DNA from: Pseudomonas virus PBPA162
Sequence record: NC_070971.1
Direction: 5' to 3' (one strand)
DNA: 60,626 nucleotides
Under the pieces are notes generated by a model. That model was not told the origin of the DNA and searched no databases. It was given only the letters and a program-made list of their open reading frames with translations. Of the stretch, positions 7,912 through 17,121 are shown in pieces (the stretch's first letter is position 1; every line of letters begins with the position of its first letter). Position numbers and translations under genes: made by a program.

Positions 7912-8850
7912 ATGGCAAACAACACTGGCGTAAACGTCTTTCTTGCGGCGGTCTACACCAACAACTACATGCGCGGGCAGAAGCTGTACGAGAACCTGAA
8001 TGACCACGAAAAGGCTATCACACGCAACCTGCCCAACATCCTTGAATCTTGGCACTACGTGGGCGCGCAGCGCTACGTGGACCAAATGCGCGCAGACGGG
8101 GCCAAAGTATTCCTGGACTCCGGCGCCTTCTCTGCATGGACACTGGGAGCCACAATGAGCCTCCCGGACTACTGCGAGTACATCAAAACCAACATGGACA
8201 TCCTGCGGGTTGAGGACGGCGACGTCATGGCGTCTGTACTGGACGGTATCGGCGACCCGCTGCAAACCTGGCGCAACCAGTACGAGATGGAACTGCGCGG
8301 TGTACGCCCGCTGCCATGCTTCCACTTCGGGGAACCGGAGGAATATCTGGAGCACTACGTCAAGAACTATAACTACATCACCATCGGTGGCATGGTTGGC
8401 AAGACGCCAGAAACCCTTACCCGGTGGTTGGACCGCATGTGGGACCGCCACATGGTGGACGGCTCTGGCAGGGCTAAGATCAAGGTGCACGGCTTCGGGC
8501 TTACATCCATCCCGCTCATGGAGCGCTACCCCTGGTACAGTTGTGACTCCTCGTCCTGGATCCAGGCAACGGCGTTCGGTACGGTAGTGAGCCCGCAGTT
8601 CGGCCCGTTGCGCGTGTCGGACAAATCACCCAGCCGGCATGACGCCGGACAGCATGTGTGCAACCTCAGCCAGCAAGAGCAAGAAGCCGTGTTCCGGCAT
8701 TTTGAGCAGGCAGGTTTCACGTACGAAAGGCTGTCTACGGTGTACGAAAGCCGGGCAGCTTTTAACCTGTGGGCGTATACTGTTATCCAGGGTCTAGTTA
8801 ACGCTAAAAACGACGGCGTGTTCCGCCAACGCATACAGGAGTTATTCTAA
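7912..8850 (+). CDS. dpdA: DpdA-like 7-deazaguanine DNA transglycosylase (TGT superfamily)
   Basis: RBS GAGGT. LDSGAFS matches the TGT catalytic DSGGF motif. The TGT zinc subdomain is absent, as in phage DpdA. Its position next to preQ0 biosynthesis genes supports the call. Confidence 0.65.
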   Translation: MANNTGVNVFLAAVYTNNYMRGQKLYENLNDHEKAITRNLPNILESWHYVGAQRYVDQMRADGAKVFLDSGAFSAWTLGATMSLPDYCEYIKTNMDILRVEDGDVMASVLDGIGDPLQTWRNQYEMELRGVRPLPCFHFGEPEEYLEHYVKNYNYITIGGMVGKTPETLTRWLDRMWDRHMVDGSGRAKIKVHGFGLTSIPLMERYPWYSCDSSSWIQATAFGTVVSPQFGPLRVSDKSPSRHDAGQHVCNLSQQEQEAVFRHFEQAGFTYERLSTVYESRAAFNLWAYTVIQGLVNAKNDGVFRQRIQELF

Positions 8851-8925
8851 TGTTCATCGCGTACCCCTACAACAATCACGTGCTGGGAATCTTCACTACT
8901 AAAGAGGCAGACGAGGGTCAGCCCA

Positions 8926-9909
8926 ATGCTTAAAGAATTGAAGTTTGTACAGGGTGCTGTGGGCAAGAAGGAGTTCATCCCTGCCGTTACCCACTTCTGT
9001 TTCGAGAACGGCACTGTGCGCTCGTACAACGGCACAATGGCCCTGTGCACCCCGATCGACTGCGCCCTGGAGTGCAAGCCCCTGGCCGTACCCATGGTGG
9101 CGGCTATCAGCAAGTGCACCGAAACCATTGCGCTGAGCATTACCCCCACCGGCAAGCTCAGCATCAAATCCGGCAATTTTAAGGCCCTCGTCCCGTGCAA
9201 CAATGATGACGTGCAGGTGCACGTACTGCCAGAGGGCGACTTCATTGAGTTCGACGGCCAGGCCCTGCTAGATGGCCTCAAGGCTGTGCAGCCGTTCATT
9301 GGCACCGACGCATCCCGGCAGTGGGGTATGGGCGTGCTGATCAAGGGCAAGAGCCTGTTTGCCACTAACAACGTCTGCCTGATTGAATACTGGGTTGGCG
9401 CCGACTTCCCGCGTGTGGTTAACCTTCCCCGCGCAGCGGTGGCTGAGCTACTCCGTATTGGCGAATGTCCAATTGGTGCCCAGTGCACCGATACAAGCAT
9501 GACTTTCCACTACAGCAGCGGCAAGTGGCTGCGCACGTCCCTGTACAGCACGCAATGGCCGGACTTGGAAGCCGTACTTAACCGACCAGGCAACTTGCGC
9601 CCAATTGACCCGATGTTTTGGAGCGGGCTGGACAGCCTGAAAATGTTCACCGACCGTAACGGCTCTGTGCTGATAAGCGACGGTATGATGCGCACGCACG
9701 AAGATATTGGCGAGGGTGCCTGCTTCGAGCTTGACTGGTGCCAGGCGCCAGAGACGGCGGAAGAGTTTAAGCACCCCAGCCTGTGGAACGTAAGCATGCT
9801 GAGCCTGTTGCAAGGGGTAGCCACACAGTTGGACCTGAGCGCGTACCCGTCACCGTGCTTGTTCCAAGGTCAGCGTATCCGTGGCGCCATTATTGGTATG
9901 CGCCTGTGA
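8926..9909 (+). CDS. DNA polymerase sliding clamp (DnaN/beta-clamp-like)
   Basis: The length fits a three-domain beta clamp. The C-terminal ...IIGMRL resembles the clamp terminal MPMRL motif, and the internal VNLPRAAVAELLRI resembles clamp domain III. Confidence 0.55.
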   Translation: MLKELKFVQGAVGKKEFIPAVTHFCFENGTVRSYNGTMALCTPIDCALECKPLAVPMVAAISKCTETIALSITPTGKLSIKSGNFKALVPCNNDDVQVHVLPEGDFIEFDGQALLDGLKAVQPFIGTDASRQWGMGVLIKGKSLFATNNVCLIEYWVGADFPRVVNLPRAAVAELLRIGECPIGAQCTDTSMTFHYSSGKWLRTSLYSTQWPDLEAVLNRPGNLRPIDPMFWSGLDSLKMFTDRNGSVLISDGMMRTHEDIGEGACFELDWCQAPETAEEFKHPSLWNVSMLSLLQGVATQLDLSAYPSPCLFQGQRIRGAIIGMRL

Positions 9910-10274
9910 TGAAGCAACGGGTGTTGGTATGCGGTGGGCGGCAGTTTGCCGACTGGCAGCACCTGTGCCGCGTAATGGCCCTGGTAGCGCCCTGGTGCGC
10001 CGCCAGGCCGTTGCTAATACATGGGGGCGCCCCTGGTGCCGACACGCTAGCAGGTCGCTGGGCGGCGCTTAACGGGTGGCCCTGTGCAGTGGTAGCGGCC
10101 AACTGGGACTTTTACGGCAAGGCTGCTGGTAGTCTTCGCAACCAATGGATGCTAAGCATGCTAGAGCCTGATCTGGTAGTAGCGTTACCGGGAGGAGTAG
10201 GAACAGCACATATGGTACGCATAGCTCGCAAAGCGGGCGTAGACGTCTACGTCGCCTCTACAGGGCAGGTTTAA
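9909..10274 (+). CDS. SLOG-family (DUF2493/YpsA-like) Rossmann nucleotide-binding protein
   Basis: TGATG start coupling. GG..GAD and PGGVGT glycine-rich motifs (LVCGGRQFADW, IHGGAPGADTLA). Confidence 0.5.
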   Translation: MKQRVLVCGGRQFADWQHLCRVMALVAPWCAARPLLIHGGAPGADTLAGRWAALNGWPCAVVAANWDFYGKAAGSLRNQWMLSMLEPDLVVALPGGVGTAHMVRIARKAGVDVYVASTGQV

Positions 10275-10292
10275 GCCCTTATCGGAGTTACC

Positions 10293-10499
10293 ATGTACAC
10301 TAAAGAAACATTCAAGCTAAGCCGTCTAATCGCAGAGGCCGTGCTGCAAGACGAACTTACCGAAGGTTGTGACGTTGCCGCAGGGTTGTTTGGGCCAAAC
10401 CTGACAGCGCTGGTGAGCAACATTGCCCACCACCTTGCGGACTACCTGCCAACCCACTATCTAAACACCTTGCTGGGGGACTGTAAAGATGCGGAGTGA
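10293..10499 (+). CDS. Hypothetical protein
   Basis: RBS GGAG, 68 aa. Confidence 0.4.
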   Translation: MYTKETFKLSRLIAEAVLQDELTEGCDVAAGLFGPNLTALVSNIAHHLADYLPTHYLNTLLGDCKDAE

Positions 10500-12669
10500 T
10501 GCACTGGGTCTTTTCTGGCGTGACGAACCCCCAGTCAAGAAGACCGCAGCGCCCAAGGTAAAGCGTAAGCCGCCTACGCCCACATGGCTGAACGATGACT
10601 ACCTGCCAGGCCTGGAAGAAGCCCTCAACGCCCAGCTACCCGTCATGAGCGACGGCATGCTTGCCCGCTGGGGCGAGCTTCCAACCGGGCGCGGTACCAT
10701 GGTGTTTGACGTTGAGATTTACAAGAACTACTTCCTGGCTGCCTTCCACCATCTGGAAAGCGGCCAGCTTGTGTATGTTGAATCGGATGCCTTCGGTACC
10801 ATCGACGTACGCAAGCTTGACTACATCATGACCCACTTCCTGACGGTGGGCTTCAACAGCATCCCCTTTGACTGCCCAATAACCACACTGGCGCTGGCCG
10901 GGGTTAGTGTGCCGCGCATCAAAGAAGCGGTTGATATGCTCATTCAGGAAGAGATGCCCTGGCGGGATATGCTCAAGTTGTACAAGGTCAAGCAGCGCCG
11001 GGACTTCAACCACATTGACCTACGCGAAGTAGCCCCGCTGAGCGGCAGCCTGAAGATTTACTCAGGGCGGTTGCACGCCAAGCGCATGCAAGACTTGCCC
11101 TTCCCGCCGGACCGCGTCCTTACCGACGACCAGATAGCAATCACCCGCTATTACTGCTGCAACGACTTGGCCAATACCAAGCTGATGTATGAAAGCCTGG
11201 CTGGTCAGTTGGATCTACGGGTGCAGATGAGCGCTGAATACAACATTGACCTACGCAGTAAGTCGGACGCGCAAATTGCAGAATACGTCATTGGCGCAGA
11301 AGTTGCCAAGCTTACCGGCGACCGCTGCCACCGGCCCGTAGTACCGCCAGGCACGGCGTACCGCTACCGTACGCCCAACTACATGCAGCACTTCCAAACG
11401 CAGACGATGCGGGACGTGCTCAAGGTAGTGCAGGACGCCAAGTTCATTGTAGCAGACCATGGTTCTATTGAAACGCCGCCAACCATTGGAGACTTGAAGG
11501 TTCCCATTGGAAAGGGCGTGTACACCATGGGCATTGGCGGCCTGCACAGTACGGAGAAGAAGACGGCACACATTTCGTCCACCGAGTACAAGCTGTTTGA
11601 TATCGACGTAACGTCCTACTACCCGTCCATTATCCTCAACCAGGGCTTGTTCCCCCACCATATGGGACAAGCCTTCCTTACGGTCTACCGCAACCTTGTA
11701 AACCGTCGTATCAGCGCCAAGCGTGCTAAGCAAGCTCTGATTGCCGCATCGCTCAAGATCGTTATTAACGGCTCGTATGGCAAGCTTGGCTCTAAGTGGT
11801 CTATCCTATATGCACCGGATCTTCTGGTGCAGGTAACAATGACCGGTCAGCTTAGCCTGCTGCTGCTCATTGAATGGTTCGAGATGCAAGGCATTCAGGT
11901 TGTGAGTGCCAACACGGACGGCATTGTGGTTAAGCCGCACGTAAGTCAAGTAGACCTCATGCACCAGACCATTAAGTACTGGGAGCACGTGACCAACTTT
12001 GAGATGGAACACACCGAGTACTCCGGACTATACAGCAAAGACGTAAACAACTACATTGCTGTCAAGACCGACGGTAGCGTTAAGGGCAAGGGCCTGTACG
12101 CCAACCCCTGGGCGGACGGCGAGGGGGACCGTGCACCATGGATGCACAAGAACCCAGCTACGCAGATATGCGTGAAGGCGGTGACGGAGCTGCTCAGCCG
12201 TGGTACACCTGTTGCCAAAACAATCATGAACTGCACAGATCTAACCCAGTTTGTGAGCGTGCGCTCTGTGCGTGGCGGCGCAGTGCAGGTGCTAGAAAAG
12301 TCAGTGCCGCCTGCGCATAGGTCCATGGAAGAGCTTGTGCACCTTGCCGGGTTCCAACCCTACCACGGTGGTATGTACGTCTTACCGGGAACCGAGGGCC
12401 GAGCATGGACACTGGCCGAAGCGTACGACACCGCCTTGGGCATGCTAACCACACCGGAAAAGTGTGTGTACCTGGGAAAGTCCGTGCGCTGGTACTACGC
12501 CACCGGCAACAATGGTGAGCTAGTGTACGCCGAGTCTGGTAACAAGGTTGCCAAGTCGGACGGGGCCAAGCCGCTCATGGACCTACCCGACAGCATGCCG
12601 CAGGACATCAACTATGAGTGGTACATAACCGAAGCCGAAAAGATCCTAACGCACATAGGATACGTGTAA
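10489..12669 (+). CDS. Family B DNA polymerase with N-terminal 3'-5' exonuclease domain
   Basis: Exo I FDVE. PolB motif A DIDVTSYYPSII and motif B KIVINGSYGKLG. The motif C region is SANTDGIVV (variant). Confidence 0.8.
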   Translation: MRSDALGLFWRDEPPVKKTAAPKVKRKPPTPTWLNDDYLPGLEEALNAQLPVMSDGMLARWGELPTGRGTMVFDVEIYKNYFLAAFHHLESGQLVYVESDAFGTIDVRKLDYIMTHFLTVGFNSIPFDCPITTLALAGVSVPRIKEAVDMLIQEEMPWRDMLKLYKVKQRRDFNHIDLREVAPLSGSLKIYSGRLHAKRMQDLPFPPDRVLTDDQIAITRYYCCNDLANTKLMYESLAGQLDLRVQMSAEYNIDLRSKSDAQIAEYVIGAEVAKLTGDRCHRPVVPPGTAYRYRTPNYMQHFQTQTMRDVLKVVQDAKFIVADHGSIETPPTIGDLKVPIGKGVYTMGIGGLHSTEKKTAHISSTEYKLFDIDVTSYYPSIILNQGLFPHHMGQAFLTVYRNLVNRRISAKRAKQALIAASLKIVINGSYGKLGSKWSILYAPDLLVQVTMTGQLSLLLLIEWFEMQGIQVVSANTDGIVVKPHVSQVDLMHQTIKYWEHVTNFEMEHTEYSGLYSKDVNNYIAVKTDGSVKGKGLYANPWADGEGDRAPWMHKNPATQICVKAVTELLSRGTPVAKTIMNCTDLTQFVSVRSVRGGAVQVLEKSVPPAHRSMEELVHLAGFQPYHGGMYVLPGTEGRAWTLAEAYDTALGMLTTPEKCVYLGKSVRWYYATGNNGELVYAESGNKVAKSDGAKPLMDLPDSMPQDINYEWYITEAEKILTHIGYV

Positions 12670-12676
12670 ATTGTTC

Positions 12677-12705
12677 TTGTAGAGCTTGTTTACACGCGTT
12701 ATACT
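12677..12705 (+). promoter_or_regulatory. Putative promoter TTGTAG-N17-TATACT
   Basis: Located between the polymerase stop and the next gene. A hairpin AAGGCCGT-N8-ACGGCCTT follows at 12721..12744. Confidence 0.35.
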
Positions 12706-12760
12706 AGCTGCAACACAACAAAGGCCGTGTCAATTCACGGCCTTTCCACAGGAGCAAACC

Positions 12761-13324
12761 ATGAACATACGCAAACGAGAAGAGTACAAGCTTATCACTG
12801 AATACTACGGTGACCGTACGGCCCGCCGCAGCGGCGTACCCCTCATGAACCACATTCGGGAGGGGTTGGAGTTGTTGAATATGTTTGGGGCCAGCGATAC
12901 GGCCAAACAAGCATTCTGCTTGCACCCGCTGCTCCAGGGCGATATGGAGCTCGGCACCAACGTGCAGAACATAGCCCTCAATTCCCAGGTTAACCCCAAT
13001 GCGCTTACGCAGGCCCTGCTGTACAGGGAAGCGGCCAACCGCTATCTGTGCTCACCCATGACCGATCCGTGGGGACCGGCTACGGCCACCAGGGCAGTAC
13101 GCCCAATGACCCTTTCTCCGCACGTATACTTTATGCTGTGTGCGGACAAGTTGCAAAACCAGAAGGACTTCGACATTTACCACAAGGACACGCACCCGCG
13201 TAGTAAATATCTTGCCAAATACTTCAAGAACTGGCTGACCATACTGGGCGTGGTACCAGAGGAGCAACTGGCGTATCATCAACACCTGATCATGAGCGAA
13301 CACAGGATTAACGGCGATGACTGA
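12761..13324 (+). CDS. Hypothetical protein
   Basis: RBS AGGAG 7 nt upstream. 187 aa, no confident domain. Confidence 0.5.
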   Translation: MNIRKREEYKLITEYYGDRTARRSGVPLMNHIREGLELLNMFGASDTAKQAFCLHPLLQGDMELGTNVQNIALNSQVNPNALTQALLYREAANRYLCSPMTDPWGPATATRAVRPMTLSPHVYFMLCADKLQNQKDFDIYHKDTHPRSKYLAKYFKNWLTILGVVPEEQLAYHQHLIMSEHRINGDD

Positions 13325-14663
13325 CAAACCTGAGCAACTTAGCTTCAACGGGTGTACCACCAAAGCCCAAGCTGCCAACCTATCATTGAAAAGCGCAAGC
13401 GATGGACGAATTCTGGCGGCTAAACCCTCCCCGGTGCAGTCCGAGCAGGCAGAGGCGGAGCAGCCGGAGGTGGTGGCTCGCGTCGTGCATTCGAATCCTG
13501 TCGTCCTCGCCCAGTGCGGTCCGCTCAATGCAAACGATGAACTGATGACTGTCGCGCAGCATGCAGCCAGCGTCGCCAGTTGGGCAGAAATGTTCAATCG
13601 AGTGGAGCAAGAGCGCGACGCCGCCCTGGCCAGGGCGGCGGAGCTAGAAGCGGCCATTAGTTCGGCATTATCCCAGCATGGCGTCAAATTCATGGACCCG
13701 CCTGATGGCGGAGATGTTCCGTTGATAGAGCAGCTTTACCGAATGTCTCAGGCATTGTCAGAACTGGAGAAGCCAGACCCTGATTACACACAGCACCCGC
13801 AGATCGTAGGGTACGCTCGAAAAAAGGAACTTGCGCCACTGCTCGATCCGTGCCAACCTGACGGTAGCTACATCTACATTGGGCTGGACCACCCGGCATG
13901 CTGGGCGGAAGAAGCCCCTTATGAGTTCTTGATCCCCTTGTACGCCGCTCCTGTTACGCCGGCTCTGCCTGAAGACGTGCGTGTCCTGTTGTCCAGGGCA
14001 CAGGCTGAAATAGAGTACTTAGCGGAGTGCCTGGAGAATGTATGCGAGGACGACGAAGAGCTTGACGTGGCTCAAGACATCAAGGAGAGCATTGCTGTAG
14101 CTGACAAAATAGCGCACCTGATTGCAAGCGCTCCCGTGTCCAAAACCGCCGCGCCAGTACAGGACGAGTCCAGTTTGCCGGATGTGTGCGACGGCAAAGA
14201 GCAGGACGCTTTCGAGGAGTGGGCGACTAAGCAAGGCATGAACATGCAATGCCACCCAATGCACTGGTTGTTCTTGGACACCAAAACTATGAGCGCACGA
14301 CAAGGTTGGAAGGCCGCACTCAAGTACGTCCGTGCACACATTGCCGCCGTGTCCGCCAAGTCTCAGCAACGAGTTCCGGATGACGTTGAAACTTTCCTCA
14401 ACGAAGTTCGCGCCGAGCTGCTGCGGGCAAGGTCCAAGTTTCCCGGCGACCGCATTATGACTATCGCTCTTGCCGAAGAGTTCGGCGAGCTGTGCAAAGC
14501 GGTGCTGGACGAACCGGCTGCGAATGTACGCAAGGAAGCGGTACAAACCGCCGTCATGGCTGCACGCGTGGTTCTGGATGGCGACGGCTCTGTTACGGCG
14601 TGGCGCGCCGAACGCGGGCTAGACCCTCTCACCGCTCCCGGCAAGGAAGGCCCCAATGAGTAA
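13317..14663 (+). CDS. Hypothetical protein with C-terminal MazG-like NTP pyrophosphohydrolase domain
   Basis: ATGA overlap coupling. The C-terminal IALAEEFGELCKAVLDE...VMAARVVLD resembles the MazG EExGE helix pair. Confidence 0.5.
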   Translation: MTDKPEQLSFNGCTTKAQAANLSLKSASDGRILAAKPSPVQSEQAEAEQPEVVARVVHSNPVVLAQCGPLNANDELMTVAQHAASVASWAEMFNRVEQERDAALARAAELEAAISSALSQHGVKFMDPPDGGDVPLIEQLYRMSQALSELEKPDPDYTQHPQIVGYARKKELAPLLDPCQPDGSYIYIGLDHPACWAEEAPYEFLIPLYAAPVTPALPEDVRVLLSRAQAEIEYLAECLENVCEDDEELDVAQDIKESIAVADKIAHLIASAPVSKTAAPVQDESSLPDVCDGKEQDAFEEWATKQGMNMQCHPMHWLFLDTKTMSARQGWKAALKYVRAHIAAVSAKSQQRVPDDVETFLNEVRAELLRARSKFPGDRIMTIALAEEFGELCKAVLDEPAANVRKEAVQTAVMAARVVLDGDGSVTAWRAERGLDPLTAPGKEGPNE

Positions 14664-14976
14664 GGCCCTGTTGCCGGCGCAATGCACGGACAAATCCCAA
14701 CACCCCAAGTTTCGTAATGGTTGGAACTCGTGCATTAGCGAGATGCTACGAATGCGTATCGGCCAAGGCCCAACAGTAACGCTTGAGCTCGACAAGCAAA
14801 CTGTTGCATACTTGCGTCAGTTGAACGTTATGGCCAAGGGGCGCGCTGACCAGCTTTCAATGTGTACCCGATGCGACCCGGCCCAACGTGAGTTCATGGC
14901 TTCACTTAGCAACTGGCTGGAAGGGCTGGTTGCCAAATGCAACGAGGAGAACGGCAATGCTGAGATACCCGTATAA
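14656..14976 (+). CDS. Hypothetical protein
   Basis: Overlapping start. 106 aa. Confidence 0.4.
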   Translation: MSKALLPAQCTDKSQHPKFRNGWNSCISEMLRMRIGQGPTVTLELDKQTVAYLRQLNVMAKGRADQLSMCTRCDPAQREFMASLSNWLEGLVAKCNEENGNAEIPV

Positions 14977-15181
14977 CCACAATAAGGCGCCCACCACCGT
15001 GGGCCTGGTCGCCAACCTGGCGCTTCTAGCCTTTATGGTGTTCACCATCTGGCTTGTGGGCGAGTGGGGTTGGGAAGACGAGCAGCACCAGCGCGATGTA
15101 TATTGCAGCATGGTCAAAACCGAAGCTTGGCCGGACTACGCCAAGCGCTACGAGCTGGAGTGTAAAGATGTCGAAAAGTGA
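14957..15181 (+). CDS. Small membrane protein
   Basis: RBS GAGGAG. One predicted TM helix (VGLVANLALLAFMVFTIWLVGEW). Confidence 0.4.
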   Translation: MLRYPYNHNKAPTTVGLVANLALLAFMVFTIWLVGEWGWEDEQHQRDVYCSMVKTEAWPDYAKRYELECKDVEK

Positions 15182-15386
15182 ATTCGTGTACCACCTAAAA
15201 CCCGTAGGCAAGCGCAACGGCGGGCCGGTAGCCCTGTATGTGGCGCGTAAGGGCCTGGGGCGCCTGCTGCTGGGCCGTTGGCGCCTGGCCGGTACCTACC
15301 CCACGGCAACCCAAGCCGGTGCAGCAGCAAAGCGCCTGGCGCGTGAACAGGGCTACCGGCACGGTGTGTGCATAACCCACCGCTGA
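15168..15386 (+). CDS. Small basic hypothetical protein (possible DNA-binding)
   Basis: ATG overlaps the upstream stop. Arg/Lys-rich, 72 aa. Confidence 0.4.
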   Translation: MSKSEFVYHLKPVGKRNGGPVALYVARKGLGRLLLGRWRLAGTYPTATQAGAAAKRLAREQGYRHGVCITHR

Positions 15387-15403
15387 GCCCAACGCGCAGT
15401 CAA

Positions 15404-15432
15404 TAAAAAGCCCGGTCTAGCCGGGCTTTTTA
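15404..15432. terminator. Bidirectional rho-independent terminator between convergent blocks
   Basis: AAAAAGCCCGG-tcta-GCCGGGCTTTTT has an A-run and a T-run flanking a perfect hairpin. Converging genes end at 15386 (+) and 15444 (-). Confidence 0.8.
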
Positions 15433-15443
15433 GTTCCTTGGGT

Positions 15444-16493
15444 TTAGCCAAGGTTGAAGGTGAGGACAATGGCGCCGTACTGGAAGCTGCGGATGGTAAC
15501 CTCGTCCAGCAGCTTTTCAGTTTGGACCCGGTCACCACGGGAGTACATGGCGTTGGTATCCCAGGACTCCAGGGCAATAATGATTTTGCCGGCACCCGCC
15601 TGTACAAACGTCATTTCAGCACCTGCCGGCCAGTCCCTGGGGATGGTCAGGGTTACGTTGTTGTTGGAGTTAACCATAAAGCTTTTGCCGGCGTCGGACA
15701 GCGTGAGCTTACGGCTGGCGGTAATGGTGTCGCCAGCATGGAAAGTACCCCCGGCGTGTGTGGTTATAATGCGAGGGTCCAGGAACTCCCGCGTAATCTT
15801 ACCGATATGCGTGACAGCGCTGCGCATATCGTTGAAGTTTTCCAGCACATACTTGTCGCAGGTGCCGGTGCCCTGGTTGGTTGGTTGGATAACGTGCTGG
15901 GTAGCAATGAACTCTTTGACTTTGCTCTTGTTGCAGTTCAGGCGAATTTCTTGCCCAATGGCAAAGTCGATTGGCGTGTTGATACTTGTCAAGTTAAAGA
16001 CGCAAATAATGTGGCCGTCCAGACGGTTACCACCTTGCGCACCTTCTTGGTCATCCAGGCCGCCAATCATATGGAACAAGCCAGCCGGGATCACAGCCTT
16101 GGACGGGTTGTTGGCATAGCTTGCGGCCACATGCTCGAACACAACACCACAGTTGTCCCGAACCACGTAGTAGTCCGGAACGAAGCTGGTGGCGGTACTG
16201 ATGCTGGTGTTGATACGAGAAAGGCCCCCAGTTTCAACCCAAGTTTGGTTTCGACGCCCATATGTCTTGTTGTCGTTGGGGGCTTCGATGAGGTATTGGG
16301 TGTGAGGGTTTGCCTGCGCAACGTGCGCGGCAATGGCGGCATCGATGGCAGGCTGCGGGTTGCTACCTGCGCCTATCATTTGCTCCAGTTGACCACAAGC
16401 TGTAGCCAGGCGGCTGAAGTTGGTATCAACTTCAGAGTTAGTCAGTTTGCGGCCCAGCGGGACGCGGTAGAACATATCGAGTTGGAGTGCCAT
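15444..16493 (-). CDS. Putative tail fiber / receptor-binding protein
   Basis: Last gene of the tail module. The N-terminus resembles tail-fiber attachment regions and the C-terminus is variable. Confidence 0.45.
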   Translation of the reverse strand: MALQLDMFYRVPLGRKLTNSEVDTNFSRLATACGQLEQMIGAGSNPQPAIDAAIAAHVAQANPHTQYLIEAPNDNKTYGRRNQTWVETGGLSRINTSISTATSFVPDYYVVRDNCGVVFEHVAASYANNPSKAVIPAGLFHMIGGLDDQEGAQGGNRLDGHIICVFNLTSINTPIDFAIGQEIRLNCNKSKVKEFIATQHVIQPTNQGTGTCDKYVLENFNDMRSAVTHIGKITREFLDPRIITTHAGGTFHAGDTITASRKLTLSDAGKSFMVNSNNNVTLTIPRDWPAGAEMTFVQAGAGKIIIALESWDTNAMYSRGDRVQTEKLLDEVTIRSFQYGAIVLTFNLG

Positions 16494-16496
16494 GGT

Positions 16497-16691
16497 TTAC
16501 ACCTTCTTAATGGAGCACTTTACATCATCACAAGCCTGGATCCAAGCTTGCACCTTCGGGGGTAGTTGGATGCCTTGTTCTTGCAAGCACTTGGCAAGCT
16601 CAACCATTGCGTCTAACTGCTCCCCAACTTCGGGGTATTGTTCGCGCCGTAGACGCTGGTAATCAACTTTGTGTTGGAGCTTCATACTCAA
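16497..16691 (-). CDS. Hypothetical protein (tail module)
   Basis: 64-aa ORF tightly packed between tail genes. Confidence 0.4.
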   Translation of the reverse strand: MSMKLQHKVDYQRLRREQYPEVGEQLDAMVELAKCLQEQGIQLPPKVQAWIQACDDVKCSIKKV

Positions 16692-17121
16692 CCTCTACTT
16701 CAAACGCCTGGTATGGGAACGGGTCCACTTCCACGATGAACGTACCGCTGTGGCTGAAGCTCAGTTCAATGTCTGTACCGTCGGCGGTGTACTCTACGCC
16801 CTCAATGCGCAGCGTAGCGCCCTGTGGTACCCCTACAAGCACGTTTTCGCGCAGGGTGTAGGGTAGCATGGGGCGGGCTACTAACGCACCGCCTTGCACG
16901 TACCAAAGGGCCTTGCTGGCCGAATAATTGTCGTGGCGCAGGTACAAGCGCCCCATGGCGTTGCTTTCTACACAGCGGGGCTGACAGAACATGCTGCCGG
17001 TAATGAAACCGCGTTCATCGTGGGTGATATAGCCTACCGGAGTTAAGTCCTCCGGTAGGCCGCTTGGGGTTGGTGGGTCAACAAAGTTGACAGGTGTGTA
17101 TAAGCCTGCGTATTCGGTCAT
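16663..17121 (-). CDS. Hypothetical tail protein
   Basis: Overlapping start/stop with neighbours in the tail operon. Confidence 0.4.
   Translation of the reverse strand: MTEYAGLYTPVNFVDPPTPSGLPEDLTPVGYITHDERGFITGSMFCQPRCVESNAMGRLYLRHDNYSASKALWYVQGGALVARPMLPYTLRENVLVGVPQGATLRIEGVEYTADGTDIELSFSHSGTFIVEVDPFPYQAFEVEVEYEAPTQS

Noticed and set aside
8850-8933. 27-aa micro-ORF (MFIAYPYNNHVLGIFTTKEADEGQPNA) coupled to the dpdA stop
   Set aside because: It is too short to assess and has no RBS other than the TAATG overlap. It is kept only as a note.
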